Source: a virus
Reading direction: 5' to 3' (one strand)
IMG/VR virus record: IMGVR_UViG_3300020274_000001
Span: 64,001-128,000 of that record
DNA: 64,000 bases
Part shown: piece after piece, positions 8,840-18,752 of the stretch
How the letters are laid out: every line of letters begins with the position of its first letter
Numbering within the stretch: the first letter of the stretch is position 1
Notes under the pieces: generated by a model
What the model was told of the DNA's origin: nothing
Databases searched by the model: none
The model's input: only the letters and a program-made list of their open reading frames with translations
Translations under genes and position numbers: made by a program

Positions 8840-9793
8840 ATGACTAAAGATATAGTCAACGGTTTTGGATTCGTCGTTCTCGAGGTTTCCAAAGATGTAA
8901 GGCGGGTAAAAACCAGTGCCTTATTTGATAATCCGAACAGAGGATACAAAGCAAATCCAAAATGGAGCCATTTCATAAAAGGTGTAAGCCCGTCAAAGGT
9001 TTGGACCGACATCGGTGGCCCTGCGACGGTAATATTTCAGTTGAATAACTATGTTGTCACAAAAGGCAACAGAATGGTTCCCTGTATTGTTTCAGTCGAC
9101 AGAAGCCTAACCAACAGCGGAGATTCTGTCGGTGGGTGGAAGATATTTGGCTTTGTTAGGTTCACAATAGAATTTGAAGGTAAGACTTTCAAGAAGTGGG
9201 CCATGGTTCATGGTGGATGGGGAGATAACAAACTCATCTCATACAAGTGGGCCGACGCTGTTCAAAGCGCACAGTGTTCAAAAATTACGAGAAATGTGAA
9301 TCACAAAACACATCTCATTGCACCAAAGGAAAGTGGAAACCCCGGAGCCAATCTGGTCCCAAGGGCTACTGACTTGGTGAAAGAACCTGTGCAGAAAGCG
9401 ACTTTCGTTGCAGAAAGTAAGCGTAAATCTCTCGGAATGAAGAGAGTAAAAGCAGGCAACAGAACGTTTGTCAAAATCAGCGACGCTGATAGACTAATTG
9501 ATGTCGAAGCAGGCAACATGTCTAAATTGATGGTTCCGGGTTTCCAAAGCCCGGTATTCAATGTAAGGTCGACAACTACGTTCAGAGAAGACAAAGATGA
9601 CAACAAAGTCTTCTCTCTAACTGCTGGAAGATGGATGTGCGAACAAGGTGAAGGAACCTATCAGAACATCGAAATCTTCGACATTGCGTTTGGAGCCGCT
9701 CACCGTGCATCGGTGTCCGTGGCTTCTACCCCTGCAAAGAAAGATATTCAGAAGAAGCGTTTCAAGAACAAGAACGTATTCCGAAGACTGTGA
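8840..9793 (+). CDS. hypothetical basic protein
   Basis: 317 aa ORF. Confidence 0.8.
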   Translation: MTKDIVNGFGFVVLEVSKDVRRVKTSALFDNPNRGYKANPKWSHFIKGVSPSKVWTDIGGPATVIFQLNNYVVTKGNRMVPCIVSVDRSLTNSGDSVGGWKIFGFVRFTIEFEGKTFKKWAMVHGGWGDNKLISYKWADAVQSAQCSKITRNVNHKTHLIAPKESGNPGANLVPRATDLVKEPVQKATFVAESKRKSLGMKRVKAGNRTFVKISDADRLIDVEAGNMSKLMVPGFQSPVFNVRSTTTFREDKDDNKVFSLTAGRWMCEQGEGTYQNIEIFDIAFGAAHRASVSVASTPAKKDIQKKRFKNKNVFRRL

Positions 9794-9809
9794 AGGCCAA
9801 GTGGCCATA

Positions 9810-9903
9810 GAGCGAAACAGGGTATGCGAAATACATGATGGATGAACGCTCATAGAACCAAACCCAACGAAACTGAAATACAAGTAAGTCGTATGGTTCA
9901 CAG
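9810..9903 (+). ncRNA. dual-spacer units (2)
   Basis: gggtatgc/tgatggat (stem GAGCG/CGCTC); acgaaact/agtaagtc. Confidence 0.75.
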
Positions 9904-10119
9904 ATGACCAAGAAAATATGGTCTTGCGATGTTATACTCCACTACAAAATATTGGGGTATGACGATAAGACATTCTTGAAGAAGAAGTTTGAGAATGTCA
10001 TGGGAAGCAACCCAAATGAGTGCTACGGTAAAGCCGTAGAGATGCTCAAAGAACAATTCAAAGAAGAGGAAGGTCTCGAAATACTCGGAGGCTCTGCTTC
10101 TTTCAATTTCGAGGAATAG
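9904..10119 (+). CDS. hypothetical protein
   Basis: ATG after ACAG. Confidence 0.7.
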   Translation: MTKKIWSCDVILHYKILGYDDKTFLKKKFENVMGSNPNECYGKAVEMLKEQFKEEEGLEILGGSASFNFEE

Positions 10120-10127
10120 TCCTCATA

Positions 10128-10175
10128 GAACCGAAACATGGTGCGAGAATTATAGCCGGCGCGTATGGTTCACAG
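10128..10175 (+). ncRNA. dual-spacer unit (1)
   Basis: tggtgcga/gccggcgc. Confidence 0.75.
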
Positions 10176-10628
10176 ATGACACAGAGCGACTGTGACACAA
10201 ACTGTCTTGACTGCTATTGTCAAGATTGTGGAGAACCTTGGCCAGAAGGGTCAGAGTTCAAACTAAGCGAAGGCTGTAAAGCCTACAAAGGTAAATTTTA
10301 CATCGAGCGAGAATGCTCTAAATGCGTTACCTCTGTCTCCATCCTTTGGTATGATAGAGAGTATGATAAGCAATCTTATGATAAGATGAGAAGCAAACTT
10401 GAACGACTTGAAAGAGACTACTACGTTGGTTGGGTAAACATACCAAAAGACGATAGTAGCGACACAGAAAGATGTCGGGTTCTAAAAGCACGATGCAAAC
10501 AGTGCAACACACATTTCATTGAGTTAGAAAGAAATCAAGAAATCGTTATGTGTGCTGGTTGTGAATTGATGCCACGAAAGCACCTCGTCATGGAAGACGG
10601 GGCGTGGCTTACTGACGCTTGGACTTAA
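10176..10628 (+). CDS. Cys-rich (multiple CxxC) protein
   Basis: CLDC, CQDC, CSKC, CKQC, CAGC. Confidence 0.7.
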   Translation: MTQSDCDTNCLDCYCQDCGEPWPEGSEFKLSEGCKAYKGKFYIERECSKCVTSVSILWYDREYDKQSYDKMRSKLERLERDYYVGWVNIPKDDSSDTERCRVLKARCKQCNTHFIELERNQEIVMCAGCELMPRKHLVMEDGAWLTDAWT

Positions 10629-10637
10629 TGTCCTTAG

Positions 10638-12023
10638 ATGTCTGAAGAGACTCAAAACAACTCTCCGAGTAACGACTCGGGGGGATATGTATCCTCCAAT
10701 GCGAGGAATACAACAGTAGCGATGCTCGGGCACATGGTCACACTAAAGATGGCCGAGAAAGCAGATTGCGCATATTCAAATGATTTTGAATCAGCAGTCG
10801 AGCAAGCAAAGAGCATCGGTCTTGGGCGCAAACACCTTGCGATACCACGTTTTGGAAGTGACGCATTCCGTGTCGCTCTAAGAACACTCAAGACGAACCC
10901 ACATGAGGTAACAGTGCCTCTTGACCAAGGGATAGCCTACGACAATATGCGTTGCAAAGTATGGTATGATACTGTGAACATGGGTAGAGAATACGTTGTT
11001 CGCAGACACACTACTGGCCTTGTAAACGGCAAAGAAGAACACGATATGGACAAATTGTATCGTGTCTCGTATCGGGCGGCAAGCGGAGACGTGATTGCCC
11101 GAACACATCACAGAGCATACGTGAAGCGTGCTTGGGAAGGGGCAGAGTCCTTGACCGAAGCAGAGCAAGCGGCTCTTGATAGTGACAACGGTGTTGATAA
11201 TATCGAGATTGAACCTTATGACGAAGGTAACGTTATCGATATGTCAACAATGCAGAAATTCTTGGAGGCTGTAAGAGGTCGATACCAAGAGGAGTGCACC
11301 CGTATTGATACGAGAAGGTGGCGGATACAAATCCGTAAGATTCTGGATAAAGAACTGAATGCGATTCCGTTTACTGCGGTTCGCGGTGCGGTTATCATTC
11401 CAGACACCAGAAGTAGTGAAGAAGCCAAAGATGCAGACGGAAAGCGAACCTCTCCGCCGTATCTTGACACACTTGACGCACTGAACACACTGATGTATTG
11501 GTTCGGAACAGGGGCAACCCTTACTACCGGAACAGTGCAGTTTGAAGATGAAGTGATTCCGGGTCTTGACCCAGAAGAAACCGAAGATAATACAGTCGTA
11601 GCAACGATTGTTGAAAACGTTCAAAATCTCAATGTTTCGCCTTGTCAGATGACCGTAATGGGATACATCGACGACGCGGCTCAAAGAGCGGACCTTGAAA
11701 GAGAGATGACTCATCACGTCAACGAGAAGTTGAATGAGTATCTTAACGAGTTTACTAACACCTTGTCTCGTCTTAATGACGACGACCAAGAGGACGTAAA
11801 CAAAGCAATCAGAAAGTTCGCCAAGCGCAAAGAAAAGATGCAGAGTATGCTGAAGTTCTATTGTGGCGGAGATTTCGTAAACAACGTCGGTATTGACTCC
11901 ACCATTGGAGGAGATGACCGTCTTTCGGGATTGAGAACACGAATTAACAACCTTGGTTCTGGAACAGGAATCAATGTTAACGGACTTCGTGAACTCGTCG
12001 ACTTCGAACAATCGGACCAATGA
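10638..12023 (+). CDS. hypothetical protein (possibly DUF3150/DUF6744-like)
   Basis: 461 aa; DAFRVA..NAIPF..RGAVIIP pattern; family call tentative. Confidence 0.6.
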   Translation: MSEETQNNSPSNDSGGYVSSNARNTTVAMLGHMVTLKMAEKADCAYSNDFESAVEQAKSIGLGRKHLAIPRFGSDAFRVALRTLKTNPHEVTVPLDQGIAYDNMRCKVWYDTVNMGREYVVRRHTTGLVNGKEEHDMDKLYRVSYRAASGDVIARTHHRAYVKRAWEGAESLTEAEQAALDSDNGVDNIEIEPYDEGNVIDMSTMQKFLEAVRGRYQEECTRIDTRRWRIQIRKILDKELNAIPFTAVRGAVIIPDTRSSEEAKDADGKRTSPPYLDTLDALNTLMYWFGTGATLTTGTVQFEDEVIPGLDPEETEDNTVVATIVENVQNLNVSPCQMTVMGYIDDAAQRADLEREMTHHVNEKLNEYLNEFTNTLSRLNDDDQEDVNKAIRKFAKRKEKMQSMLKFYCGGDFVNNVGIDSTIGGDDRLSGLRTRINNLGSGTGINVNGLRELVDFEQSDQ

Positions 12024-12032
12024 GGTCCATAG

Positions 12033-12422
12033 ATGTCTACTCAAGACAGAATCAAACGCCCTAACGGGGCGGAATGGGACACGGTGAAGTTCGCCTGTCC
12101 CAATTGTGGAGCGACACGACATTTCGCATTCCACATGATTGATGACGAGCAACATTTCGTGATGAAGTGTCATAACATGATTGCAACATACATGATTTGC
12201 ACATGGCAATCAGAACGCTACACTCACCTCCCATCTGATGTGGAGGCACCAGAATGGCCGTTTGAGCCTGTCGTAGACGACACTCAAACAGTCGAAGTGC
12301 TCGTTCCTATCGATGACGATGGGAAGATTATAGCGGAAGTTGCAGACTTCCGTGGAAAAGATTGTGACGTTGTTCTTCCAGAAGTCGCCAATTCGCTTGG
12401 CAACATAACAGAAGAACGCTGA
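12033..12422 (+). CDS. zinc ribbon + DUF2997-like protein
   Basis: CPNC; C-terminal IDDDGKIIAEVADFRGKDC..LG. Confidence 0.55.
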   Translation: MSTQDRIKRPNGAEWDTVKFACPNCGATRHFAFHMIDDEQHFVMKCHNMIATYMICTWQSERYTHLPSDVEAPEWPFEPVVDDTQTVEVLVPIDDDGKIIAEVADFRGKDCDVVLPEVANSLGNITEER

Positions 12423-12438
12423 CGGCCTTACGGCCATA

Positions 12439-12499
12439 GGAGAGGAGGGCTATGATAATAACCGATGACGATTGGGTCATGGTGCCATAATCTCCCCAG
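12439..12499 (+). ncRNA. 60-nt hairpin module bracketed by the junction signal
   Basis: GGAGA...TCTCC+CCAG; inner CTATGAT/GTCATGG and CCGAT-gacg-ATTGG. Confidence 0.45.
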
Positions 12500-12994
12500 A
12501 TGTCAAACGAAAGGATTGACCTTAATCAGTTTGAAGCAATAACCAAAGGAAAATGGGAAGTGATTAACCTTCCCGGCGGAGGAATTGACATTGGCGTTAG
12601 ATACACTAACCATGGACATAAGCCAATAGTCAACTTCACCCAGCGCATGGGAGAGCAAGTCAGCAAAATCGAACGCGATGTTGCAGACATGAACGCTATT
12701 GCCGCAGTTCCCGAACTAATTGCTGAACTGAAAGACTTGAGGTGGAAACACATGCAAGTCCTAAGAGAGAGAAAAGACTTGCGAGACGAAGGTCTTCGCT
12801 TGGCTAAGAAACTTGATTCCGAACGAAATCGGATAGAGACTCTTATCGACGCTTTGCGATTTATACGAGATGACTTGAACGAGGCAATCGCTCAAGGACA
12901 TCTGCCAATCACATCTACGAATGGGATTGATGCTACGAAGATTCGTAACTTCGCAAACGGATGCTACACGTTGAGTAGCAACTCTCGGTCTTAA
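12500..12994 (+). CDS. phage-type hypothetical protein (Ead/Ea22-like N-terminus)
   Basis: ITKGKWEV..ADMNAIAAVPELIAEL. Confidence 0.5.
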   Translation: MSNERIDLNQFEAITKGKWEVINLPGGGIDIGVRYTNHGHKPIVNFTQRMGEQVSKIERDVADMNAIAAVPELIAELKDLRWKHMQVLRERKDLRDEGLRLAKKLDSERNRIETLIDALRFIRDDLNEAIAQGHLPITSTNGIDATKIRNFANGCYTLSSNSRS

Positions 12995-13003
12995 CGGCCA
13001 TAG

Positions 13004-13186
13004 ATGGACATAATGGGTATCATCATGTTAGTGCTAACATACACGCTGATAGGCTTCGGCTTTGCGTGTGGTTTCGCACTATTCCGTTGGGTTTCCGCCA
13101 AAAGAAAATCCAACAAAAAAAAGAAATCTGGTTCGACTGCTCCCCAAGAATCACAATGGGAGAGAATAAGAAACCGGATTCCTTAG
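13004..13186 (+). CDS. small membrane protein
   Basis: N-terminal hydrophobic helix and basic tail; ATAG+ATG. Confidence 0.7.
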   Translation: MDIMGIIMLVLTYTLIGFGFACGFALFRWVSAKRKSNKKKKSGSTAPQESQWERIRNRIP

Positions 13187-13200
13187 AGCACTTGCTCATA

Positions 13201-14465
13201 GGACGCTGAACCAAGGAAAACGAGGGCGCAAGCCCGATGACCTTGATTCGCAATCGCACGCTCGCGTCAAGAACGAGCGGCGACATAAAACGCAAAAATA
13301 CACGCATTCGCGCTCACGTGCGATTGCGAATACAGTTGCAATGAAAAAAAAAGTGAAAGGAGAATATAGGTGCGGCACTCTGCGTGCTGACCAATTCTGC
13401 TTGCTGGGAACTGTTGGACAATGGTCCACACGGTCCGTGTGAAGCAGCACTGGAGGCGATGTATTATGGCTATCGAGCCATCATCGCTGACAAACATATT
13501 CTATCACAGATGGATACTTCCACTGGAAGTTCCGGAATCATTGCCCAACCTTGCGTTCACTAATCTGAGGTCTGGGAAATATTTCCCCCGACCGGTCGAC
13601 CGATGGAATTCTTCTTTACAGGTGTTCCATGGTGGCTAATTAGTGATGAAACATATTCTAACACGAATGTGCCCTCAGTAAGTAGAGACTACTCAACTTG
13701 CGTTGCAAGAAGATGTCAAATTTGACAAAAATCTTGGGACTGAAAATGAGAGAGCGCATTCAATACCCAATCACACCGCTACTCATTGCAGAGTAGTTCG
13801 GAGAAAACCCAGAGCAATCTGGAGTATACTCAGGGGATTGGCGATAGAACATAGTCTAAGTCGTAATCCGTGCCTATGAGCACGAGATGCTGAAGAATAA
13901 CCAGAATATTTTCTGGTCACCGACGAAAATTTTCGGAATTAACTGTCCGCATATGCGGACTGATTTACGAACGTAATTGGGACCAACATCCGCAATGGAC
14001 GACGTCAGTCGTCAATATAAGGCTGATTTGGATGAGAAACATATTCTAAAGCATTTAAGTCTGGGTAAACCAGACCGGATACAGCCGAATAACAGCAGAA
14101 AATTCATATGAATTATTTTGCTATTCCAAAATCGATACGATATTTCTTGCTACCCTTATTGGGGATAAAGGAACGAAGGTGAGGACTCACCTCTTTCTCT
14201 ACGTTAAAGTAGACAGAATATCTGACAAACATGTTCTAAGACAAATAAGGACTCTATCTGGATGCGGTTACGAAGTAATCGATTACCCGGGTAGAAACTC
14301 AGTTCGTGGTGTTGTCCAACTACCATACCAATGACTAACCACTTTTCCAAGTGGAGTTCCTCGTTGGGTGGTAGATGAGACACCGAATATGACCAAAGCG
14401 AATACGATGGAACGGTAGGGTTGACCCCCTTTACCGATTTCCTCCTTGGGGAAAGGCGTCCCCAG
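13201..14465 (+). ncRNA. candidate ~1.26-kb structured non-coding RNA
   Basis: No credible ORF; ends pair (GGACGCT/GGCGTCC and CCAAGGA/TCCTTGG) followed by CCAG; about 20 short hairpins; AAACATRTTCTA x4. Confidence 0.6.
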
Positions 14466-14512
14466 AACCGAACCAATGCAAATGAAATGCATCTTGCCCG
14501 TATGGTTCACAG
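14465..14512 (+). ncRNA. dual-spacer unit (1)
   Basis: atgcaaat/tcttgccc. Confidence 0.75.
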
Positions 14513-14513
14513 A

Positions 14514-15242
14514 ATGGGATTTGAAATACACCCAGCAGGGAGACCAGACTACCAAGCCAAACTTACGGTTTGGGAATGGAGCCGGTTTCTCGACTTGCTT
14601 CTGCATTCGGCAGGAGCAATAAGCATGGAGCAGATGTTGAACAATATTGTTCATATCTCCATGATGGAGGCACAAGCACTTAATCACGGTAAGAGCGACG
14701 AAGAAATCGCTAACTTTGATGTGACTGAATACAAGAAAAATGTAGAAGTCGTAAAGAAGGCTGACCGTTCAAAAATGGAACTGATTGACGAAAATATGCC
14801 AGACGGCAGTAGAATGTTCATCGGTGCTAAATTGATGCTGAAAAAAGGCACTCCAGAAAAAGCAATAGATTCAATGGTCGAAATGGTGGCCGTTTCTGTT
14901 GCTTGCTTCCAACATATGGAAGACAAGATGTTTGCGGCGAGGGAAACAGTCCCTTGCTTTCGAGCGTTTGGACAAAACGGACTGACGGTCAAAGGAGATG
15001 ACATTTGGGCAATCTATGATTGCATGAATAACTTCTTTGGTAACGACGTTCCAGACCTATTGAGAATGATGGAATTTCCTAACAAGAAGAGAGTTATTCC
15101 TAAATTATCTGATAAAGACAGTAAAGCGTTTGTTGAATTTATCAAGGAAAATATCCAACCGCACGACGTAGAAAATTGGCCCCGATTATTCGGAGTCATT
15201 TGTCAAGCACTTGGTGATGAGGATGACCTCATCATATTGTAG
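14514..15242 (+). CDS. hypothetical protein
   Basis: Start corrected to the ATG after ACAGA. Confidence 0.75.
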   Translation: MGFEIHPAGRPDYQAKLTVWEWSRFLDLLLHSAGAISMEQMLNNIVHISMMEAQALNHGKSDEEIANFDVTEYKKNVEVVKKADRSKMELIDENMPDGSRMFIGAKLMLKKGTPEKAIDSMVEMVAVSVACFQHMEDKMFAARETVPCFRAFGQNGLTVKGDDIWAIYDCMNNFFGNDVPDLLRMMEFPNKKRVIPKLSDKDSKAFVEFIKENIQPHDVENWPRLFGVICQALGDEDDLIIL

Positions 15243-15256
15243 GCCAAAGGGCCATA

Positions 15257-15304
15257 GAACCGAACCATGGACGCTGTATTGTATATCCCCCGTGTGGTTC
15301 ATAG
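15257..15304 (+). ncRNA. dual-spacer unit (1)
   Basis: tggacgct/tatccccc. Confidence 0.75.
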
Positions 15305-15628
15305 ATGTGGAATAATACTCCCATGGTAAAGGATGATGGTCAACACATTATCCTAATTACCGGTGACGTCGAAGAAGACGAGGCCGGATGGATTGTGGCA
15401 GAAATGCCTTATCCAGATGAAGAGACGTTGCGTCTCGAACAACAGAAGAGAGCCATGATGATTAGTGGCCTACCTCTTGCTTACAAAGTCTTACAAGACA
15501 TCAGAGAAGATGCACTTAGGATGATGGAAGGTAGTAGTGGACATTTTGCCCACCTCAATACCTTCGTGCTACAAGCAGAACGAGCCTTGGCATTCATGCC
15601 GTGGCTTGACGAGGAAAAGGAGGAATAA
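15305..15628 (+). CDS. hypothetical protein
   Basis: ATG after ATAG. Confidence 0.7.
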   Translation: MWNNTPMVKDDGQHIILITGDVEEDEAGWIVAEMPYPDEETLRLEQQKRAMMISGLPLAYKVLQDIREDALRMMEGSSGHFAHLNTFVLQAERALAFMPWLDEEKEE

Positions 15629-15636
15629 CCTCCATA

Positions 15637-15685
15637 GAACCTAAACACAGACAAGGAAGTGCATTGAAGCATGAAAGGTTCACAG
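15637..15685 (+). ncRNA. dual-spacer unit (1)
   Basis: cagacaag/ttgaagcat. Confidence 0.75.
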
Positions 15686-15967
15686 ATGGACGACAGTTTT
15701 GACGAACTGTATGATTTTCTTTTTCGAGACGCCGCCAATACACTTGGTAAACACGGAAGATTTGTTCCAAAGGTGTCTCAAAAAATGCAATCACTAAGCC
15801 CCATGTTAGGGGTTATAGCAATGTCAATGGCTCTTATTGAAGAAGAAGACCAATACCGTGTTGGCTTCGGCAGAATGTTTGTCGTAGCCCACGCAACAGC
15901 ATTGCAATTATCGACATTAATTACTATTGACTCAATGGAATTATTGCTCGATGAAGCGGACAGATAG
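15686..15967 (+). CDS. hypothetical protein
   Basis: Start corrected. Confidence 0.7.
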   Translation: MDDSFDELYDFLFRDAANTLGKHGRFVPKVSQKMQSLSPMLGVIAMSMALIEEEDQYRVGFGRMFVVAHATALQLSTLITIDSMELLLDEADR

Positions 15968-15974
15968 TCCATAG

Positions 15975-16337
15975 ATGCAACCTACAATTGCAGAATACCT
16001 CACTATTAGGAGGTCAAGAGACAGGGAAATTAGTAGTCCCTATCTCTCAATGAACAACGACGGCGAAGTGCTATACAAGTATGCCATTAATGGCGACTTT
16101 TCTATCATTGAGCAAATGTGCCGCGATTTTGTAAAAGAATTATATGAAGATGATAATGGACCCGAATTGCTCCGTCTTTACGACACAGGAGTTAACTTCG
16201 TAGTGTATCATTTGATTCGAGCGTGGAACATATGGCATGAGCGAACAGGCAACGTTAATCATAGCCTATCGGTCATGATGTTCGACAAAAAGAATGGCAA
16301 ATGGATTGAAAACATTTGGTATACAAACCGGCTGTGA
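15975..16337 (+). CDS. hypothetical protein
   Basis: GGAC/GTCC+ATAG+ATG. Confidence 0.7.
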   Translation: MQPTIAEYLTIRRSRDREISSPYLSMNNDGEVLYKYAINGDFSIIEQMCRDFVKELYEDDNGPELLRLYDTGVNFVVYHLIRAWNIWHERTGNVNHSLSVMMFDKKNGKWIENIWYTNRL

Positions 16338-16346
16338 TGGCCATAG

Positions 16347-16589
16347 ATGGGGACTGAAAGGTTCACACTACACCGACCCGGTGGACACCAAGAACAACAT
16401 AACGTAAACTACGTTTCTGGTGAACTCTCACACGACAACGGTGTTGCTTGCATCAATCTTTCAATGATTGGGCGAGGCTTTGAGGGGACTCTGAGAATAG
16501 GGTATGATGGCAATAAAATCATTATATTCCTAAAAGATTCAGAGAAAGAATCTCACGTGATACACATGTATCCTAAAACCGAGGAATAA
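16347..16589 (+). CDS. hypothetical protein
   Basis: Junction signal+ATG. Confidence 0.7.
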   Translation: MGTERFTLHRPGGHQEQHNVNYVSGELSHDNGVACINLSMIGRGFEGTLRIGYDGNKIIIFLKDSEKESHVIHMYPKTEE

Positions 16590-16598
16590 TTCCTCATA

Positions 16599-16691
16599 GA
16601 GCAAAACATGGTGACTGAATTGCAGTTTAAAAGAACGCTCATAGAACCGAACCAAGTCAGATGAATTGTAAAAACGTTGATTGGTTCACAG
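16599..16691 (+). ncRNA. dual-spacer units (2)
   Basis: tggtgact/gtttaaaa; agtcagat/aaaacgtt. Confidence 0.75.
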
Positions 16692-17903
16692 ATGAATTGG
16701 CGTGAAGAACACACGCAATGTCTACACCGTAAGAAAGACGGAACCCGTTGTCAACTTGACACGGCTCCCGGAGATTACGTGTGTGGACATCACACCATCG
16801 GTCTCGAAGACATCTTTGAGGACCCGATGGCAGTAGTCGCTAAATTCCGACTATACTTCCCGAAGAATCACCACCCAGCATGTGACAGGAAAGGACAGAA
16901 CGATTGTGATTGTCCAGACCGCACATTTGGGGAACTTCTCGGGCTTGCCTACAAGCGAGCCGCAATCACCAGCCTGCAAAGGACAAGGTTGCACCGAGCA
17001 ATGGTTCGAGCGGAAATGCGAGACAGGACTCGATTGATTCGAGCCTATTACAACTCGATAACGGAAGACGACTTGTGGTTAGGAATGCCTAACCCCAAGT
17101 GGCGACAAATTCGATACTTCGTATGGAACGATAATGAGGAGCGAATGATAGTGAAGAAGCACGATAGAAGCATAAGAACAAAGAAACAATTGCTTGACCT
17201 GCTACGACGCGAAGCACCTCATCACGTTTACTACACCACCTCACAATGGAGAAATCCAGCAGAGGTTGGTCCCGACCCGTTCTCTAAATCGGGTCGAGAC
17301 AAATACATCAAGAAGAATGCAAAGAGACTTGCTAAGAAGGAAGGCTCGAAAGACAAAGGTCGTATCAAAGCATTGATGCATCCTGTGTCGAAGTGGTCAG
17401 ATTATGGCAACGCATTCATTGAACAGGAACTCTATTTCGACGTTGATTACGAAATGGAAACTTTCCAAGAGTCAGCCGAAGAAACATTGAGGTTGGCTGA
17501 ATTCTATGAGACCGTAGAATTTGCAGACTGTGAGAAAGACATACGATTTGTCTTCTCTGGTGGCAAAGGGTTTCACATGATTGATTACGGATTCAGTATC
17601 CGAAGAGCCGTTGGTGAGAAAAACTACGGCACGAGAATCAAGAACATATTGGAAGGTGAAAAGGCAAGGAGTGGACTGATGAAAGGTCACGCCTTCGCCG
17701 CCATGAAGATAAGTCGTAACGTTAAGAAGCGACTCATCAAGAAAATCAGAAAGAAAGGAATCCTACTTGATTACGAAGTGACCGTCGACCCTCGACGAAT
17801 CATTCGACTACCCGGTTCAATACACGGAAAACGTGGACGGGTTTGTAGATTGATAACCAAAGAGGACTTGACGGATTTCGACCCCGGACCTACCTTATGG
17901 TAA
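16692..17903 (+). CDS. archaeo-eukaryotic primase (PriS-like) with Cys/His-rich N-terminus
   Basis: HVYYTTSQW, ELYFDVD (motif I), FSGGKGFH (motif II), DYEVTVDPRRIIRLPGSIH (motif III). Confidence 0.85.
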   Translation: MNWREEHTQCLHRKKDGTRCQLDTAPGDYVCGHHTIGLEDIFEDPMAVVAKFRLYFPKNHHPACDRKGQNDCDCPDRTFGELLGLAYKRAAITSLQRTRLHRAMVRAEMRDRTRLIRAYYNSITEDDLWLGMPNPKWRQIRYFVWNDNEERMIVKKHDRSIRTKKQLLDLLRREAPHHVYYTTSQWRNPAEVGPDPFSKSGRDKYIKKNAKRLAKKEGSKDKGRIKALMHPVSKWSDYGNAFIEQELYFDVDYEMETFQESAEETLRLAEFYETVEFADCEKDIRFVFSGGKGFHMIDYGFSIRRAVGEKNYGTRIKNILEGEKARSGLMKGHAFAAMKISRNVKKRLIKKIRKKGILLDYEVTVDPRRIIRLPGSIHGKRGRVCRLITKEDLTDFDPGPTLW

Positions 17904-17915
17904 ATAGGTCATAGA

Positions 17916-18374
17916 ATGGTAAACATCTACACAGATGGTGCCTGTATCAACAATGGACTACCAGATGCCAAAGGAGGCATGGGTGTGTTCAGTCAAGAAA
18001 TGGACCTTGAGTTGTCCATACCGTGGGAGATGGAAGTCGAACCTACGAATCAAAGATGCGAAATGGGAGCAGTAGTATACGCTCTTATCGCAATCAAGAA
18101 GACTGAACCAAGTCAAGATACGGTTTTTCAGATTCTAAGTGATTCTGAATACGTTGTTAAAGGAATGAATGAATGGATGAAACAGTGGAAGAACCGTGGC
18201 TGGAAGACAGCCAAGGGAAAGGAAGTAAAAAACCGCTGGCTTTGGGAATTGCTTGATTCGCAATCCAAAGGACTCAACGTCATTTACAAACATGTTCGAG
18301 GACACTCTGGTGTTCTCGGCAACGAAAAAGCAGACTCGCTTGCGCTGTCTGCTGCTGAATCGTTAAAGTTGTGA
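17916..18374 (+). CDS. rnhA: ribonuclease HI
   Basis: IYTDGAC, TNQRCE, SDSEYV, WKNRGWKT, HVRGHSG..GNEKADSLA. Confidence 0.95.
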   Translation: MVNIYTDGACINNGLPDAKGGMGVFSQEMDLELSIPWEMEVEPTNQRCEMGAVVYALIAIKKTEPSQDTVFQILSDSEYVVKGMNEWMKQWKNRGWKTAKGKEVKNRWLWELLDSQSKGLNVIYKHVRGHSGVLGNEKADSLALSAAESLKL

Positions 18375-18413
18375 AACTTTGTTTAACAATGATTAAGGGC
18401 TTAATGTCCATAG

Positions 18414-18752
18414 ATGGCTACAATGTCAGAAGATGTAGATGACAGTCTCGAGATGTATCGAGAGTTGGCACTACTCGCATCGCATGGTGTTGAAGAATAC
18501 CTTGCGGTGGTAGCAGAATTGCTTGATGCAAGCATACTGCTAAATGGATTGCCCTGCGAAATTTCGCAGAAGGCAGAGGCATGGGCTGAAGAAATATCAG
18601 TCGAAGTGTCTCAAAAAATGGAAGAACAAAATATCATCCCGCACTACTATATAGCGGCGTTGATAGAACAATTGCACAAAGTTGGAGTTATGTCTTTCAC
18701 GACAGGTTTCAATCAAATGGCTTGTCGTAAATTTCAGGAGGCTTACTCTTGA
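18414..18752 (+). CDS. hypothetical protein
   Basis: Junction signal+ATG. Confidence 0.7.
   Translation: MATMSEDVDDSLEMYRELALLASHGVEEYLAVVAELLDASILLNGLPCEISQKAEAWAEEISVEVSQKMEEQNIIPHYYIAALIEQLHKVGVMSFTTGFNQMACRKFQEAYS

Noticed and set aside
13211-13245. Hammerhead ribozyme (GAAA, GNRA hairpin, GATGA)
   Set aside because: The core elements are in the wrong order and CUGANGA is absent.
13196-14476. Short ORFs in the 13.2-14.4 kb gap
   Set aside because: No junction signal or RBS, atypical composition, and they overlap dense inverted repeats.
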